Source: Minisyncoccota bacterium (lineage in GTDB: Bacteria; Patescibacteriota; Minisyncoccia; Phycocordibacterales; XYD1-FULL-46-19). Taken from it: a stretch of DNA of 64,000 nt. Of the stretch, positions 10,666 to 20,707 are shown piece after piece. A program made the translations under genes and the position numbers. Position 1 is the first letter of the stretch; every line of letters begins with the position of its first letter. The notes beneath the pieces were generated by a model. It saw only the letters and a program-made list of their open reading frames with translations, was not told where the DNA came from and ran no database searches. Where the stretch lies: positions 6,602 through 70,601 of the forward strand of contig JBAZMZ010000003.1 in assembly GCA_041649495.1 (NCBI GenBank). Direction: 5' to 3'.

Positions 10666-10774
10666 TTTGGGAGCCGAACTCCCAAACTTGCTTGGCAGGC
10701 AAGGGTGTTTGGGTGTATAATAATAGGTAGAGTGTTCACTAGCTTGCCCCCTAGGAAGGGCGTAGGAGTTTGTT

Positions 10775-10963
10775 ATGCATGTCCTCGATTTAACACATCT
10801 CTTGGTTGCGCGGGCTTTCGGTCTAGAGGAGGCACGGAAGCGTCGCTTAAAAAGACGTCTCGATGGTCTCCAGGACCAGGAGAAGCTCAATGATGCCCTC
10901 AACCGTCAACGGGAGTGGCAGTCTTACGCCGAAAAGACTGCTTTTGACGACGATCGCGATTGA
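10775..10963 (+). CDS. hypothetical small protein
   Basis: 62-aa ORF with a good RBS (TAGGAG) in a relatively GC-rich spacer, followed by hairpin CCCGCCCC..GGGCGGG plus T-rich tail. Confidence 0.3.
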   Translation: MHVLDLTHLLVARAFGLEEARKRRLKRRLDGLQDQEKLNDALNRQREWQSYAEKTAFDDDRD

Positions 10964-11085
10964 CGACCCGCCCCGATTTGCGTTGCAGAAGCCACGCCGA
11001 TCGAGGGCGGGCTTTCTGTTTATGAAAGAAATAAAATTCCGCCCTAAATTTTATAAAAATCAAGAATTTTGCTAGCATTAAGCTC

Positions 11086-12423
11086 GTGAGCGATTTTAGT
11101 TTTAAAATTGAGAAGAAGATGAAGACTGGCCTCGGGCGGGCTGGGGTGATTCACACGGCGCATGGCGATATTGAAACGCCAGCTTTTGTGACGGTGGGTA
11201 CCAAGGCGACGGTTAAAGCGCTGACGCCAGAAATGGTTAATAGTTTGGGTGCATCCGTAGTTTTGGCTAATACTTATCATCTCTATTTGGAACCCGGCGA
11301 TGAATTGGTGAAAAAGGCGGGCGGACTTCATCGTTTTATGAATTATGATGGGCCAATGATGACCGACTCGGGCGGGTTTCAAGTTTTTTCGCTTGGGGCA
11401 GCGTTCGGCGAAGGGGGAATTAGTAAGCTGATAAATGGCTTAACATCGGAAGTCGAACTTCGGAACATTAGTAAAATGGGGATAAATGGAGAGGGTGTTG
11501 CTAAACTAGCTAAGATTGATGAGGATGGCGTCACTTTCAAATCAGTGATTGATGGGTCGGAACATCGCTTCACACCCGAGCGCTCGATGCAAATCCAGCA
11601 TAATCTGGGCGCTGATATTATTTTTGCGTTTGATGAATGCACTTCGCCCTTGGCCGATTATGATTATCAGAAAGAGGCGATGGCGCGAACGCATCGTTGG
11701 GCGGAACGGTCGTTAAAAGAGCATCAAAGACTGATTCGCGAGGCAAATTCGAAGTCGGACTTAGTTACACAAAGTACGACTTCGAATCACCCCTCGCTCG
11801 ACGAGTCGGGTGAGCCCGAAGTCCAACTTCTGGGCACCTCGAAGTTGGACTTCAAGCCGACTACTCGACGATCCACTCTCCCGGCTTTGTTCGGTATTGT
11901 TCAGGGGGGTCGGCATCAGGATTTACGCGAAGAAAGTGCACGAATGATTGGGGCGATGGACTTTGCTGGGTTTGGTATTGGCGGGTCGTTTAATAAAGAA
12001 GATATGGGCACGGCCGTTGGTTGGGTCAGTGAAATTTTGCCGGAAGATAAGCCCAGACATTTGCTTGGGATTGGTGAGCCGGCGGATATTATTGAAGGCA
12101 TCAAGAATGGCGCCGATACTTTTGATTGTGTGACACCGACGCGGATGGCGCGCAATGGGACTTTGATGGTTAAAAATGGCAGGTTAAATATTCTTAACGC
12201 TCAATATCGCGAAGATTTGGGTCCAATTGAAAAAGGTTGTGGTTGCTATGTTTGCCAACTTAACTCTGACGGTACCGCCAAATATTCACGCGCTTATCTC
12301 GCCCACCTCTTTCGCGCCAAAGAAATCTTGGCTTCGACTCTGGCTTCGATTCATAACCTCTATTTCTTGATTCATTTGACCAAGCAGATTCGCCAAGACA
12401 TTTTAGCTGAAAAATTTAAATAA
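11086..12423 (+). CDS. tgt: queuine tRNA-ribosyltransferase with a ~45-aa in-frame repeat insert
   Basis: LGRAGVIHTAHGDIETPAFVTVGTKATVKALTPE, LANTYHLYLEPG, FGIVQGG, zinc site CGCYVC; region 11745-11880 (SKSDLVTQSTTSNHPSLDESGEPEVQLLGTSKLDFKPTTRR) is built from two mini-elements. Confidence 0.85.
   Translation: MSDFSFKIEKKMKTGLGRAGVIHTAHGDIETPAFVTVGTKATVKALTPEMVNSLGASVVLANTYHLYLEPGDELVKKAGGLHRFMNYDGPMMTDSGGFQVFSLGAAFGEGGISKLINGLTSEVELRNISKMGINGEGVAKLAKIDEDGVTFKSVIDGSEHRFTPERSMQIQHNLGADIIFAFDECTSPLADYDYQKEAMARTHRWAERSLKEHQRLIREANSKSDLVTQSTTSNHPSLDESGEPEVQLLGTSKLDFKPTTRRSTLPALFGIVQGGRHQDLREESARMIGAMDFAGFGIGGSFNKEDMGTAVGWVSEILPEDKPRHLLGIGEPADIIEGIKNGADTFDCVTPTRMARNGTLMVKNGRLNILNAQYREDLGPIEKGCGCYVCQLNSDGTAKYSRAYLAHLFRAKEILASTLASIHNLYFLIHLTKQIRQDILAEKFK
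11750..11853. repeat. tandem palindromic mini-elements in-frame in tgt
   Basis: CGAAGTCGGACTTAGTTACACAAAGTACGACTTCG at 11750-11784 and GAAGTCCAACTTCTGGGCACCTCGAAGTTGGACTTC at 11818-11853. Confidence 0.85.
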
Positions 12424-12424
12424 A

Positions 12425-14434
12425 ATGAACAAAAAAATATTCAACTTAAAATCAAAATTTGCTCCAGCCGGGGATCAGCCTAAGGCAATTAAGACGTTGG
12501 TCGCGGGGTTGAAGAAGGGTCGAGAACATCAGACCTTATTAGGCGTGACTGGTTCAGGCAAGACCTTTGCTATGGCTAATGTAATTGCCGAATACAATAA
12601 ACCAACTTTAGTCATTGCCCACAATAAAACGTTGGCGGCTCAACTGGCGCAAGAATACCGCGATTTTTTCCCCGATCACGCGGTGCATTATTTTGTCTCT
12701 TATTACGATTACTATCAGCCCGAGGCCTATATTGCTCACTCCGATACTTATATTGAGAAGGATGCAAGTATTAATGAGGAGATTGAGCGATTAAGACATG
12801 CCTCAACCCAAGCGTTATTGACGAGGTCGGATGTAATTATCGTCGCCTCGGTCTCGTGTATTTATGGCCTCGGTTCACCCGAGGAATATGCCAAGAGTTT
12901 TGTCAGATTGTTGGTGGGCGATAAATATACTCGCCAAGAAATAATTGAGAAATTGATTAGTGTTTATTATGAACGCACTAATGCTGATCTTACCCCGGGC
13001 ACTTTTCGCGCCATCGGTAACTCGGTGGAGATTATGCCACCGGGCGAAAGGGAGATTGTAAACTTAAAAATGGCGGGCGACTCGATTAGCCAGATTCTAA
13101 TTATTGACGCTATTTCGCGCCAGATAATTAATGAGCCAAACGAGACTTATCTTTACCCCGCCAAACATTTTATTACGACCGATAAGGAACGCGATCGGGC
13201 GATTGCTTCGATCCAGGCCGAGCTTGAAGAGAGATTGAAAGAGCTAAATAAAGAGGGCAAATTGCTTGAAGCCGAGAGATTAAAGCGTCGCACTAATTAT
13301 GATCTCGCGATGATCAAAGAGATTGGTTATTGTAATGGGATTGAGAATTACTCGCGTCATTTGTCGGGCCGAAAAAAGGGGGAAGCGCCCGCGACGCTCT
13401 TAGACTATTTTCCTCATCAGGCCAATGGCTCGGCCGACTTTTTGACAATTATTGATGAATCTCATGTGGCCGTGCCTCAAATTCGTGGGATGTTTGCTGG
13501 TGACGAGAGTCGCAAAAAGAATTTGGTGGCATACGGTTTTCGGCTTCCCTCCGCGCTTGATAATCGCCCTTTACGCTTCCCGGAATTTGAAGAACGGGTT
13601 GGACCGGTAATTTATACGAGCGCGACGCCGGGGGAATATGAATTGGAAAAAAGTGGCAAGAAAGGGGTTGTTGAACAAATTATTCGTCCGACCGGTTTGA
13701 TTGATCCAGAGATTGAGGTGAGGCCTATTCTTAATAACCAAATAAAAGACTTTATTAAAGAAGCCCAAAAAGAAATTAAAAATGGTCATCGCGTCATCGC
13801 GACCACCTTAACCAAGAAGATGGCCGAGGATTTGGCCGAGTTTTTGAAAAAGGAGGGGGTGAAGTCTGAATATCTACATAGTGAAGTGAAGACGATGGAG
13901 CGGATCAAAATTTTGACGGATTTTCGTCGCGGGGTTTTTGATTGTCTGGCTGGCGTTAACTTATTGCGCGAAGGTTTGGATTTGCCCGAAGTTTCGTTTA
14001 TCGGGATTTTGGATGCCGACAAAGAAGGCTTTTTGCGTTCGGAGGTCTCGCTGATTCAAACTATTGGTCGCGCGGCCCGCAATTTGGCCGGCCGAGTGAT
14101 CCTTTACGCCGATGTCATGACGGGTTCGATGCAGAAGGCGATTGATGAAACTAATCGTCGGCGAGCTATCCAATTGGCTTATAACAAGAAGCACCACATC
14201 ACGCCGGTTTCGATTACCAAAAAGATTCATGATATCACCGATTCGTTGGCGGGTGAGCGTCATAAAGCAGTGGCCAATTTGTTAGCGATCGAAATGCCCG
14301 GTCTCGATCGGAAGGGTTTGAGGAAATTAATCAAAGAAAAAAACAAACAAATGACCGAAGCCGTCAAAAATCTCGACTTCGAAACCGCGGCCATTTTAAG
14401 GGATGAGATTCGCGAATTGGAGAAAAATCGATAA
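12425..14434 (+). CDS. uvrB: excinuclease ABC subunit B
   Basis: GVTGSGKTFAMANVI Walker A, helicase motifs, C-terminal UVR domain (ILRDEIRELEKN). Confidence 0.9.
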   Translation: MNKKIFNLKSKFAPAGDQPKAIKTLVAGLKKGREHQTLLGVTGSGKTFAMANVIAEYNKPTLVIAHNKTLAAQLAQEYRDFFPDHAVHYFVSYYDYYQPEAYIAHSDTYIEKDASINEEIERLRHASTQALLTRSDVIIVASVSCIYGLGSPEEYAKSFVRLLVGDKYTRQEIIEKLISVYYERTNADLTPGTFRAIGNSVEIMPPGEREIVNLKMAGDSISQILIIDAISRQIINEPNETYLYPAKHFITTDKERDRAIASIQAELEERLKELNKEGKLLEAERLKRRTNYDLAMIKEIGYCNGIENYSRHLSGRKKGEAPATLLDYFPHQANGSADFLTIIDESHVAVPQIRGMFAGDESRKKNLVAYGFRLPSALDNRPLRFPEFEERVGPVIYTSATPGEYELEKSGKKGVVEQIIRPTGLIDPEIEVRPILNNQIKDFIKEAQKEIKNGHRVIATTLTKKMAEDLAEFLKKEGVKSEYLHSEVKTMERIKILTDFRRGVFDCLAGVNLLREGLDLPEVSFIGILDADKEGFLRSEVSLIQTIGRAARNLAGRVILYADVMTGSMQKAIDETNRRRAIQLAYNKKHHITPVSITKKIHDITDSLAGERHKAVANLLAIEMPGLDRKGLRKLIKEKNKQMTEAVKNLDFETAAILRDEIRELEKNR

Positions 14435-14452
14435 TAGCTTTATAATCTAAAC

Positions 14453-15013
14453 ATGAAATTAATTATTCTAAGAGGCCTGCTCGGTTCGGGGAAAACAGAA
14501 TTAGCCAATAAATTAGCTGCCGATCTGGGCGCTGAGGTCTTGCATATTGATAATTTTAAAACTCAAATCCGAAAGGATTTCCCTGGCCAATATTCTTGGA
14601 CAGAGATTAAAGCAAAAGCCTATGACTCAGCCCTTGAATATTTAGCAAAGGCCGAAACTAACGAAGTACCAGTACTTGTTTGTGAGGAGCTACTACAAGA
14701 CAAGGCTTTTGTCCGTCGACTTATCGACTTTTGTCAGGAAAAGGGGGTTGAGACAAGCTGGTTTAGGGTTGAGAGAAGTTTAGAAAAACTTTTGGAGTTA
14801 GAGCAAACGCCAGAGAGGGCCAAGAGGCCCGTTCATAATTCGAAGGAAGATTTTGAGAACTTGGATAGAGAAATTAGGGAAATTGTCATCCCTGACGAAA
14901 AAATAATTGATAATAATGGTAGTTTAAGCGAAGCCTTGTTGGAAATAGAAAATTTGTTGGGAGGAGAAAATCTGTCCCGAGAGTTATCGATTGAAACCCA
15001 AAAAATTAGGTAA
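14453..15013 (+). CDS. P-loop NTPase / predicted kinase (AAA_33-like)
   Basis: MKLIILRGLLGSGKTELANKLA Walker A at the N-terminus; TTTATAAT 6 nt upstream of the ATG. Confidence 0.5.
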   Translation: MKLIILRGLLGSGKTELANKLAADLGAEVLHIDNFKTQIRKDFPGQYSWTEIKAKAYDSALEYLAKAETNEVPVLVCEELLQDKAFVRRLIDFCQEKGVETSWFRVERSLEKLLELEQTPERAKRPVHNSKEDFENLDREIREIVIPDEKIIDNNGSLSEALLEIENLLGGENLSRELSIETQKIR

Positions 15014-15156
15014 TTCTAAATTGACAAATTTGTGAAATAGGCAAAAATTAAACCCTGTGTTATAATCACCCCATCACCCTATGGGCCAACCAGAGGGCCA
15101 TTAATGGTGCGATGCCAATTTACGAAGGCATGTTAATGATACGAATATATTAAAAA

Positions 15157-17817
15157 ATGGAAGAACATAAAATCAAAATTAAGGGGGCGCGAACGCATAA
15201 CCTTAAAAATATTAATTTAGAAATACCGCGCAATAAGCTAGTGGTTTTTACGGGTTTGTCGGGGTCGGGGAAATCAAGCCTGGCGTTTGATACGATTTTT
15301 GCCGAGGGTCAAAGACGCTATGTCGAATCCTTGTCGGCTTACGCGCGACAATTTTTGAAGCAATTGCCTAAGCCTGACGTGGACGAAATTTCGGGTTTGT
15401 CGCCAGCGATTTCGATTGATCAAAAATCTCGTTCGCATAACCCACGCTCAACGGTGGCCACGATTACCGAAATTTATGATTATTTGCGCGTGCTTTATGC
15501 CCGCATTGGTCAACCCCATTGTCCGGTTTGTGGCACGCGGATTGAGAAATTGTCGCACGAGGAAATTGTGAATTTTGTGAAAGCTAAGATGGATGAGGCT
15601 ACCGAAGTTGGACTTCGGGCTCATCGAAGTCCAACTTCTTCCGCCTTAGCCGCCTCTGTTACTTTACTTGCGCCGGTTGTGAGGGGCCGAAAAGGCGAGT
15701 ATTATCAATTGCTTTATGATTTAATCGAAAAAGGTTACTCCGAAGTTTTGATTGATGGCAAAAAGCACAAATTGCGCGAACGAATCATTCTGACTAAAAC
15801 CAAAAAGCACGATATCGATGTGGTAATCGATGAGATACCTTTAGCGGACTTTAATCAAAAGGTCACCAAGAACTCCCCTTTAAAAACTTCTCAAGGGAAG
15901 TCCTTGGCGACGATTGTGGCTTCAGCTAAATCTGACTCGGCTAATGAAAGATTGACTGAAGGGGTTGAGCGAGCGCTTAAAGAAGCCGATGGTTTGGTTA
16001 AAATTGTTATCAATGGCGAGATCTCTTTGTTGTCTTCAAAATTCGCTTGCCCCAACGACGGCTTCTCCTTCCCCGAAATTGAACCACGTCTTTTTTCGTT
16101 CAACTCGCCTTATGGCGCTTGCCCAGAGTGTCACGGTTTGGGCACCAAACATATGTGGGGCAATGAGATTTGCGAGGTTTGCCAAGGCGCGCGTTTGCGA
16201 CCGGAGGCCTTGCAGGTTAAAATCCCTTCGGCCAGCTCAGGGCAAGCTCTTAACATTGTCGAGACAGTTAACCTGTCAATTGGCGAAGCCAAAAAACTTT
16301 TCGAGACACTTAAACTTACGCCGAAAGAAAAAGCGATCTCCGAAGTTTTATTAAAAGAAATTGGCGCGCGATTAAAATTCTTAAATGATGTTGGCTTAGA
16401 TTATGTTGAGTTAAGCCGACGAGCCGACACGCTTAGTGGTGGTGAGGCTCAACGAATTCGTCTTGCTTCGCAACTTGGTTCGCGTTTGGTGGGCACGCTC
16501 TATGTGCTTGATGAACCAACAATTGGTTTGCACGCGCGTGACAATGATAAATTGATTAAGACCTTACTCGAGTTGCGTGATTTGGGCAACTCTATTGTGG
16601 TGGTTGAGCACGACGAGGACACGATTTTCGCTTCGGATTATTTAGTTGATATTGGACCTGGCGCCGGTGTGCATGGTGGGCATATTGTAGTGGCTGACGA
16701 GACTGACAAACTTTTAACCTCCAAGAAAAATGATTATCACTCACTAACCGTCGATTATCTGCGGGGTGATCTTGAAATCCCCGTACCGGAAAATCGGCGG
16801 ATTAAAGATAAGGGGACGATCAAAATTCGCGGTGGCAATATCTTTAATATCAAAAATCTCAATGTTGATATCCCTTTGGGGAGATTGGTGGCAATTACGG
16901 GCGTTTCGGGTTCGGGCAAATCGTCATTGATTTATGAAATTTTACACAAAAATTTACAGGGTCGGCTTGAACGACGTTATCGCACTAACGAGCTCTTTAA
17001 TTGTCACGAGTTTAGCGGGAGCGAATATTTAAGCCGAGTGGTAATGATTGACCAGTCACCAATTGGTCGCACCCCACGTTCGAATCCGGCCACTTATACT
17101 GGGGCCTTTACCTTTATTCGCGAATTATTGGCGGAGACGGCGCTGGCCCGAGCTCGGGGTTGGAAGGCGTCCCGCTTCTCCTTCAACGTGGCGGGGGGTC
17201 GGTGTGAGGCTTGTCAGGGCAATGGCGAAGTCGCGGTCGAAATGCATTTTTTGCCAACCATCTATGTCCCCTGCGATATTTGTCACGGAACAAGGTATGA
17301 AAAAGATACGCTTGAGGTGCAGTACAAGAAAAAAAATATCAGTCAGATTTTGCACCTGACGGTGGAAGAGGCGCTCGAATTTTTTAATGACATTCCCGCC
17401 ATTCATGATCGATTAAAAACGCTTAATGAAGTGGGGCTTGGCTATTTAGAATTAGGTCAATCGGCTACCGATTTGTCTGGGGGTGAAGCGCAACGGGTTA
17501 AGATTTCATCCGAACTTTATCGTCCTCATACTGAACGGACCTTGTATATATTAGATGAGCCGACTATTGGTCTCCATTACGAAGATGTTAAAAAGTTAAA
17601 TGAGATTTTGCAAAAATTAGTGGAGAAGGGGAATACGGTGGTGGTCATTGAGCATAATATGGAGGTAATTAAATGTGCCGATTATATTATTGATTTGGGG
17701 CCCGAAGGTGGGCTCGGTGGTGGAAATTTGGTGGCCAAGGGCACACCCGAAGAAGTGGCTTACGCGCCCGGGTCTCACACCGCCAAATATTTGAAGAGAG
17801 CCTTGCGGAAAAAATAA
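15157..17817 (+). CDS. uvrA: excinuclease ABC subunit A, with in-frame repeat inserts
   Basis: Two ABC ATPase modules ([14 protein letters not shown]; [11 protein letters not shown]; LSGGEAQR twice) and Zn-finger Cys clusters; inserts at 15604-15638 and 16227-16247. Confidence 0.9.
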   Translation: MEEHKIKIKGARTHNLKNINLEIPRNKLVVFTGLSGSGKSSLAFDTIFAEGQRRYVESLSAYARQFLKQLPKPDVDEISGLSPAISIDQKSRSHNPRSTVATITEIYDYLRVLYARIGQPHCPVCGTRIEKLSHEEIVNFVKAKMDEATEVGLRAHRSPTSSALAASVTLLAPVVRGRKGEYYQLLYDLIEKGYSEVLIDGKKHKLRERIILTKTKKHDIDVVIDEIPLADFNQKVTKNSPLKTSQGKSLATIVASAKSDSANERLTEGVERALKEADGLVKIVINGEISLLSSKFACPNDGFSFPEIEPRLFSFNSPYGACPECHGLGTKHMWGNEICEVCQGARLRPEALQVKIPSASSGQALNIVETVNLSIGEAKKLFETLKLTPKEKAISEVLLKEIGARLKFLNDVGLDYVELSRRADTLSGGEAQRIRLASQLGSRLVGTLYVLDEPTIGLHARDNDKLIKTLLELRDLGNSIVVVEHDEDTIFASDYLVDIGPGAGVHGGHIVVADETDKLLTSKKNDYHSLTVDYLRGDLEIPVPENRRIKDKGTIKIRGGNIFNIKNLNVDIPLGRLVAITGVSGSGKSSLIYEILHKNLQGRLERRYRTNELFNCHEFSGSEYLSRVVMIDQSPIGRTPRSNPATYTGAFTFIRELLAETALARARGWKASRFSFNVAGGRCEACQGNGEVAVEMHFLPTIYVPCDICHGTRYEKDTLEVQYKKKNISQILHLTVEEALEFFNDIPAIHDRLKTLNEVGLGYLELGQSATDLSGGEAQRVKISSELYRPHTERTLYILDEPTIGLHYEDVKKLNEILQKLVEKGNTVVVIEHNMEVIKCADYIIDLGPEGGLGGGNLVAKGTPEEVAYAPGSHTAKYLKRALRKK
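15604..15638. repeat. palindromic mini-element GAAGTTGGACTTC-GGGCTCATC-GAAGTCCAACTTC, in-frame in uvrA
   Basis: Same arms as the prmC copy at 458-493, in reversed order. Confidence 0.85.
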
Positions 17818-17821
17818 AAAA

Positions 17822-19207
17822 ATGAAGTCTCAAGACTTAAAAAAATACAAATTACCTGATTTGCCAGGGGTCTATTTTTTTCAACGGGATCGAGAAATTC
17901 TTTATGTTGGCAAAGCCACTTCACTCAAAGATCGCGTGAAGAGTTATTTTGCGGGTGATTTGGGAGAGACGAGAGGCCCCAAGATTACCCAGATGCTTAC
18001 TCTCGCCAATAAAATAAAGTGGCAAGAGACCGATTCTGTTCTCGAGGCTTTATTGTTGGAGACTGAATTAATTAAAAAGCATCAACCAGTTTATAATACC
18101 CGAGAAAAAGACGACAAGAGTTATTGGTTTGTTATTATCACCGATGAAGATTTTCCTCGGGTTCTCCCGATCCGTGGTCGTGAGCTAGAAGGGCGAGCTT
18201 TGGGAAGTCGTACTTCAAGTGAGCCCGAAGTCCGACTTCAAAAAACGAAGCCCGAATTTGTTTTTGGGCCATTTCCTTATGGTGGGGAATTGAAAGAGGC
18301 TCTTAAAATAATTAGGAAAATTTTTCCGTATCGAGACAAATGCTTGCCTTGCGTCGCTTCAGCGAAGCAGGGTGTGCCTTGTCGGTTGAGAGGTGAGTCC
18401 TCAAGTGAGCCCGAGGTCTCTCCTCGTAACCGATGCCGACCTTGCTTCAACCGGCAAATTGGTCTTTGCCCTGGTGTTTGCACGGGTGAAATTTCAAAAA
18501 TTAATTATCGAAAAATTGTGCGAAATATTGAGTTGCTTTTTAGGGGTAAGAAAAAAGAGATAGTAAAAAAATTAGAGCAAGAGATGAAGTCGCTGGCGAA
18601 AAAACGAGAATTTGAGAAAGCGAGTGAGGTGAGAGATCAAATTTTCGCCCTGAATCATATTCGAGATGTGTCTTTATTAAAAAAGAGAAGTTCGATTGGG
18701 CGAGATCGTCCAATAAGCCCTTACTCAATCCGTCTTGAGGCCTATGACATCGCTCATTTGGCGGGGACAAATACGACGGGGGCAATGGTGGTGTGGCAAA
18801 ATGGCGAATTAGATAAGCATGAATATAAAAAATTTAAATTAAGGGGGGTCAAAGCTGGCTCGCCTGACGATCTGGCTAATCTTCACGAGATTTTGGAACG
18901 ACGCTTTAATCACCCTGAGTGGCCTCAACCAGATATTATTGTGGTGGATGGCAATCAGGTGCAGGTTGAGGTGGCAAAAAAAGTAATTAAGAGTCAGGTG
19001 CGAAAAATGACTTCGGGCTCACCTGAAGTCGCGTTTCGCACCCCACAAGTCATTGCCGTGACTAAAGATGATAAACATCGAGCCTCAAGATTAATTGGCG
19101 ATCCGGCCATCATCCGCGATTATCGTCAGGCCATTATTGAGGTTAATGCTGAGGCTCATCGTTTTGCACTGGCCTACCATAGAAAATTACGCCGGCGATT
19201 GGTATAA
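17822..19207 (+). CDS. uvrC: excinuclease ABC subunit C, short form (GIY-YIG, UVR and RNase H-like domains; no C-terminal HhH), with two in-frame repeat inserts
   Basis: GIY-YIG N-terminus (LPGVYFFQRDREILYVGKATSLKDRVKSY), UVR motif, endoV/RNaseH-like region (EAYDIAHLAGTNTTGAMVV..DIIVVDGNQVQV); only 461 aa; inserts at 18204-18239 and 18389-18427. Confidence 0.8.
   Translation: MKSQDLKKYKLPDLPGVYFFQRDREILYVGKATSLKDRVKSYFAGDLGETRGPKITQMLTLANKIKWQETDSVLEALLLETELIKKHQPVYNTREKDDKSYWFVIITDEDFPRVLPIRGRELEGRALGSRTSSEPEVRLQKTKPEFVFGPFPYGGELKEALKIIRKIFPYRDKCLPCVASAKQGVPCRLRGESSSEPEVSPRNRCRPCFNRQIGLCPGVCTGEISKINYRKIVRNIELLFRGKKKEIVKKLEQEMKSLAKKREFEKASEVRDQIFALNHIRDVSLLKKRSSIGRDRPISPYSIRLEAYDIAHLAGTNTTGAMVVWQNGELDKHEYKKFKLRGVKAGSPDDLANLHEILERRFNHPEWPQPDIIVVDGNQVQVEVAKKVIKSQVRKMTSGSPEVAFRTPQVIAVTKDDKHRASRLIGDPAIIRDYRQAIIEVNAEAHRFALAYHRKLRRRLV
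18204..18239. repeat. palindromic mini-element with AAGTGAGCCC spacer, in-frame in uvrC
   Basis: GAAGTCGTACTTC-AAGTGAGCCC-GAAGTCCGACTTC. Confidence 0.8.
18389..18427. repeat. variant mini-element GAGGTGAGTCCTC-AAGTGAGCCC-GAGGTCTCTCCTCG, in-frame in uvrC
   Basis: Identical 39-bp copy in leuS at 41068-41106. Confidence 0.8.
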
Positions 19208-19214
19208 TAAAGGG

Positions 19215-20213
19215 GTGTTAATTCTTGATCCGTTTTTGAATTTTTCGTTTATTAATTATCCGAGTTTTTGGGTGATTTTGCTGGTCTTTTTTATCGCCGT
19301 GTTTTATCTTGGGCGTTTTTGGCAGAGTCGCGAAAGTCGTTTGCAATTATTGATCGACGAAGCGAATCTTAAGACTCAACAAATTCAAGAATTAGAGAAA
19401 GTTAATCGAGAACTCGAAGTTAAAAATCGTGAACTTTATTCGAAAGAGCTTGGTTTAACTTTAGCTAACAAGAAACTGCAAACACTGGAGGAAGCCAAAT
19501 CCAAGTTTATTTCGGTGACCACTCATCAACTCCGCACCCCTTTGGCCGCGATTAAATGGACACTTGACATGACGGCCAAGGGGCAATTAGGGCCAGTCAA
19601 TGACGATCAGAAGAAATTTTTGCTTCAAGGGTTAACTAGTACCAATCGGGTGATTTCCATCGTTAACGATTTGCTTAAAGTGGACTCAATTGACGCTGAC
19701 CAAGCTGATTATAATTTTGCTCCGACTGATTTGGTTAAATTGATTTCTAATTTAATTTTCGAATTTAATAGCCAAGCGGCGCTTAAAAAGATTAACTTTG
19801 TTTTTCTTAAGCCGCAAACAGCCGTCCCACTAGTCGAGATTGATGCCGATAAAATTCGAATGGTTGTTGAAAATCTTATTAATAACGCCGTCAAATATAC
19901 ACCCGAAAATGGTCAGGTAACGGTCAAAATTTCGGACGAGCAACTTAACCGGGCTGAAGGATCTCTAGTGGTCAGCGTGACCGACTCGGGGATTGGCATC
20001 CCGGCCAGCGAAACTGACAAAATTTTTCATAAATTCTTTCGCGCTTCAAACGCAATCAAGGCCGAGCCAGATGGTTCTGGTTTAGGCTTATTTATTGCTC
20101 GAGACATTATTGAGAAGCACGGGGGAGCGATTTGGTTTGAAAATCAGTCAGGGTCGGGTCCACAAGGCACGGTTTTCTCTTTCACTTTACCTTTACATCA
20201 AAAAAAAGTATAA
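19215..20213 (+). CDS. sensor histidine kinase (start uncertain)
   Basis: TM segment, coiled coil, HisKA H-box FISVTTHQLRTPLAAI, HATPase_c N/G boxes (NLINNAVKYT, DSGIGIP, GSGLGL); GTG at 19215 is the first plausible start after the uvrC stop. Confidence 0.7.
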   Translation: MLILDPFLNFSFINYPSFWVILLVFFIAVFYLGRFWQSRESRLQLLIDEANLKTQQIQELEKVNRELEVKNRELYSKELGLTLANKKLQTLEEAKSKFISVTTHQLRTPLAAIKWTLDMTAKGQLGPVNDDQKKFLLQGLTSTNRVISIVNDLLKVDSIDADQADYNFAPTDLVKLISNLIFEFNSQAALKKINFVFLKPQTAVPLVEIDADKIRMVVENLINNAVKYTPENGQVTVKISDEQLNRAEGSLVVSVTDSGIGIPASETDKIFHKFFRASNAIKAEPDGSGLGLFIARDIIEKHGGAIWFENQSGSGPQGTVFSFTLPLHQKKV

Positions 20214-20273
20214 TCGAGACAGGTAGTAAGTAATAAGTAGTAAGTGAAAAATTAATAGTTTTAATAAAAAATT

Positions 20274-20654
20274 ATGGACAACACAGAACCAAAGAAAATT
20301 TTAATTGTCGAGGATGACGAGTTTTTGCGCTCGTTGAATGCCAAACGCTTAGAAACAGAGGGCTTCAAGGTCTCGGTGGCGGTGGACGGCCAGAGTGCGC
20401 TCGACCTGATTCCGAAAGAATTACCCGACCTCATTTTTCTCGATTTATTATTGCCGGGCGTTGACGGTTTTGAGGTGTTAAAAAAGATTAAGGCCGATGA
20501 AAAAACCAAAGCGATCCCGGTGATTGTTTTCTCCAATTTAGGTCAAAAAGAGGATATTGAGAAGGCCCATAATCTTGGCGCGCAGGATTTTCTCGTTAAA
20601 GCCAATTTTACTCTTGATGACGTCGTGCTTAAGATTAAAGAGGTTTTAAAATAA
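20274..20654 (+). CDS. single-domain response regulator (CheY-like receiver)
   Basis: KILIVEDDEFLR...DLIFLDLLLPGVDGFEVLKKIK...IPVIVFSN; phospho-acceptor Asp context. Confidence 0.85.
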   Translation: MDNTEPKKILIVEDDEFLRSLNAKRLETEGFKVSVAVDGQSALDLIPKELPDLIFLDLLLPGVDGFEVLKKIKADEKTKAIPVIVFSNLGQKEDIEKAHNLGAQDFLVKANFTLDDVVLKIKEVLK

Positions 20655-20707
20655 AACATGCGATGCTAATCTGTGAATACATGCGAATCTACGAATAACA
20701 AATAGGT

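Noticed and set aside
10667-10685. Hairpin TTGGGAGCCGAACTCCCAA after the dehydrogenase gene as an intrinsic terminator
   Set aside because: Good stem but no downstream U-tract; kept only as a possible terminator, not listed as a feature.
15891-17406. Antisense and alternate-frame ORFs within uvrA (15891-16103 -, 15965-16354 +, 17048-17359 +, 17125-17406 -)
   Set aside because: Embedded in a strongly supported 886-aa UvrA frame; no domain signal.
20218-20250. AT-rich tandem-like string GTAGTAAGTAATAAGTAGTAAGTG (and reverse-complement-like CTTATTACTTAACACTTAATACTTATTACTG at 48572-48602)
   Set aside because: Considered as a possible CRISPR or tandem-repeat locus, but there are only two or three irregular units, no spacer structure and no cas genes; probably simple low-complexity promoter DNA.
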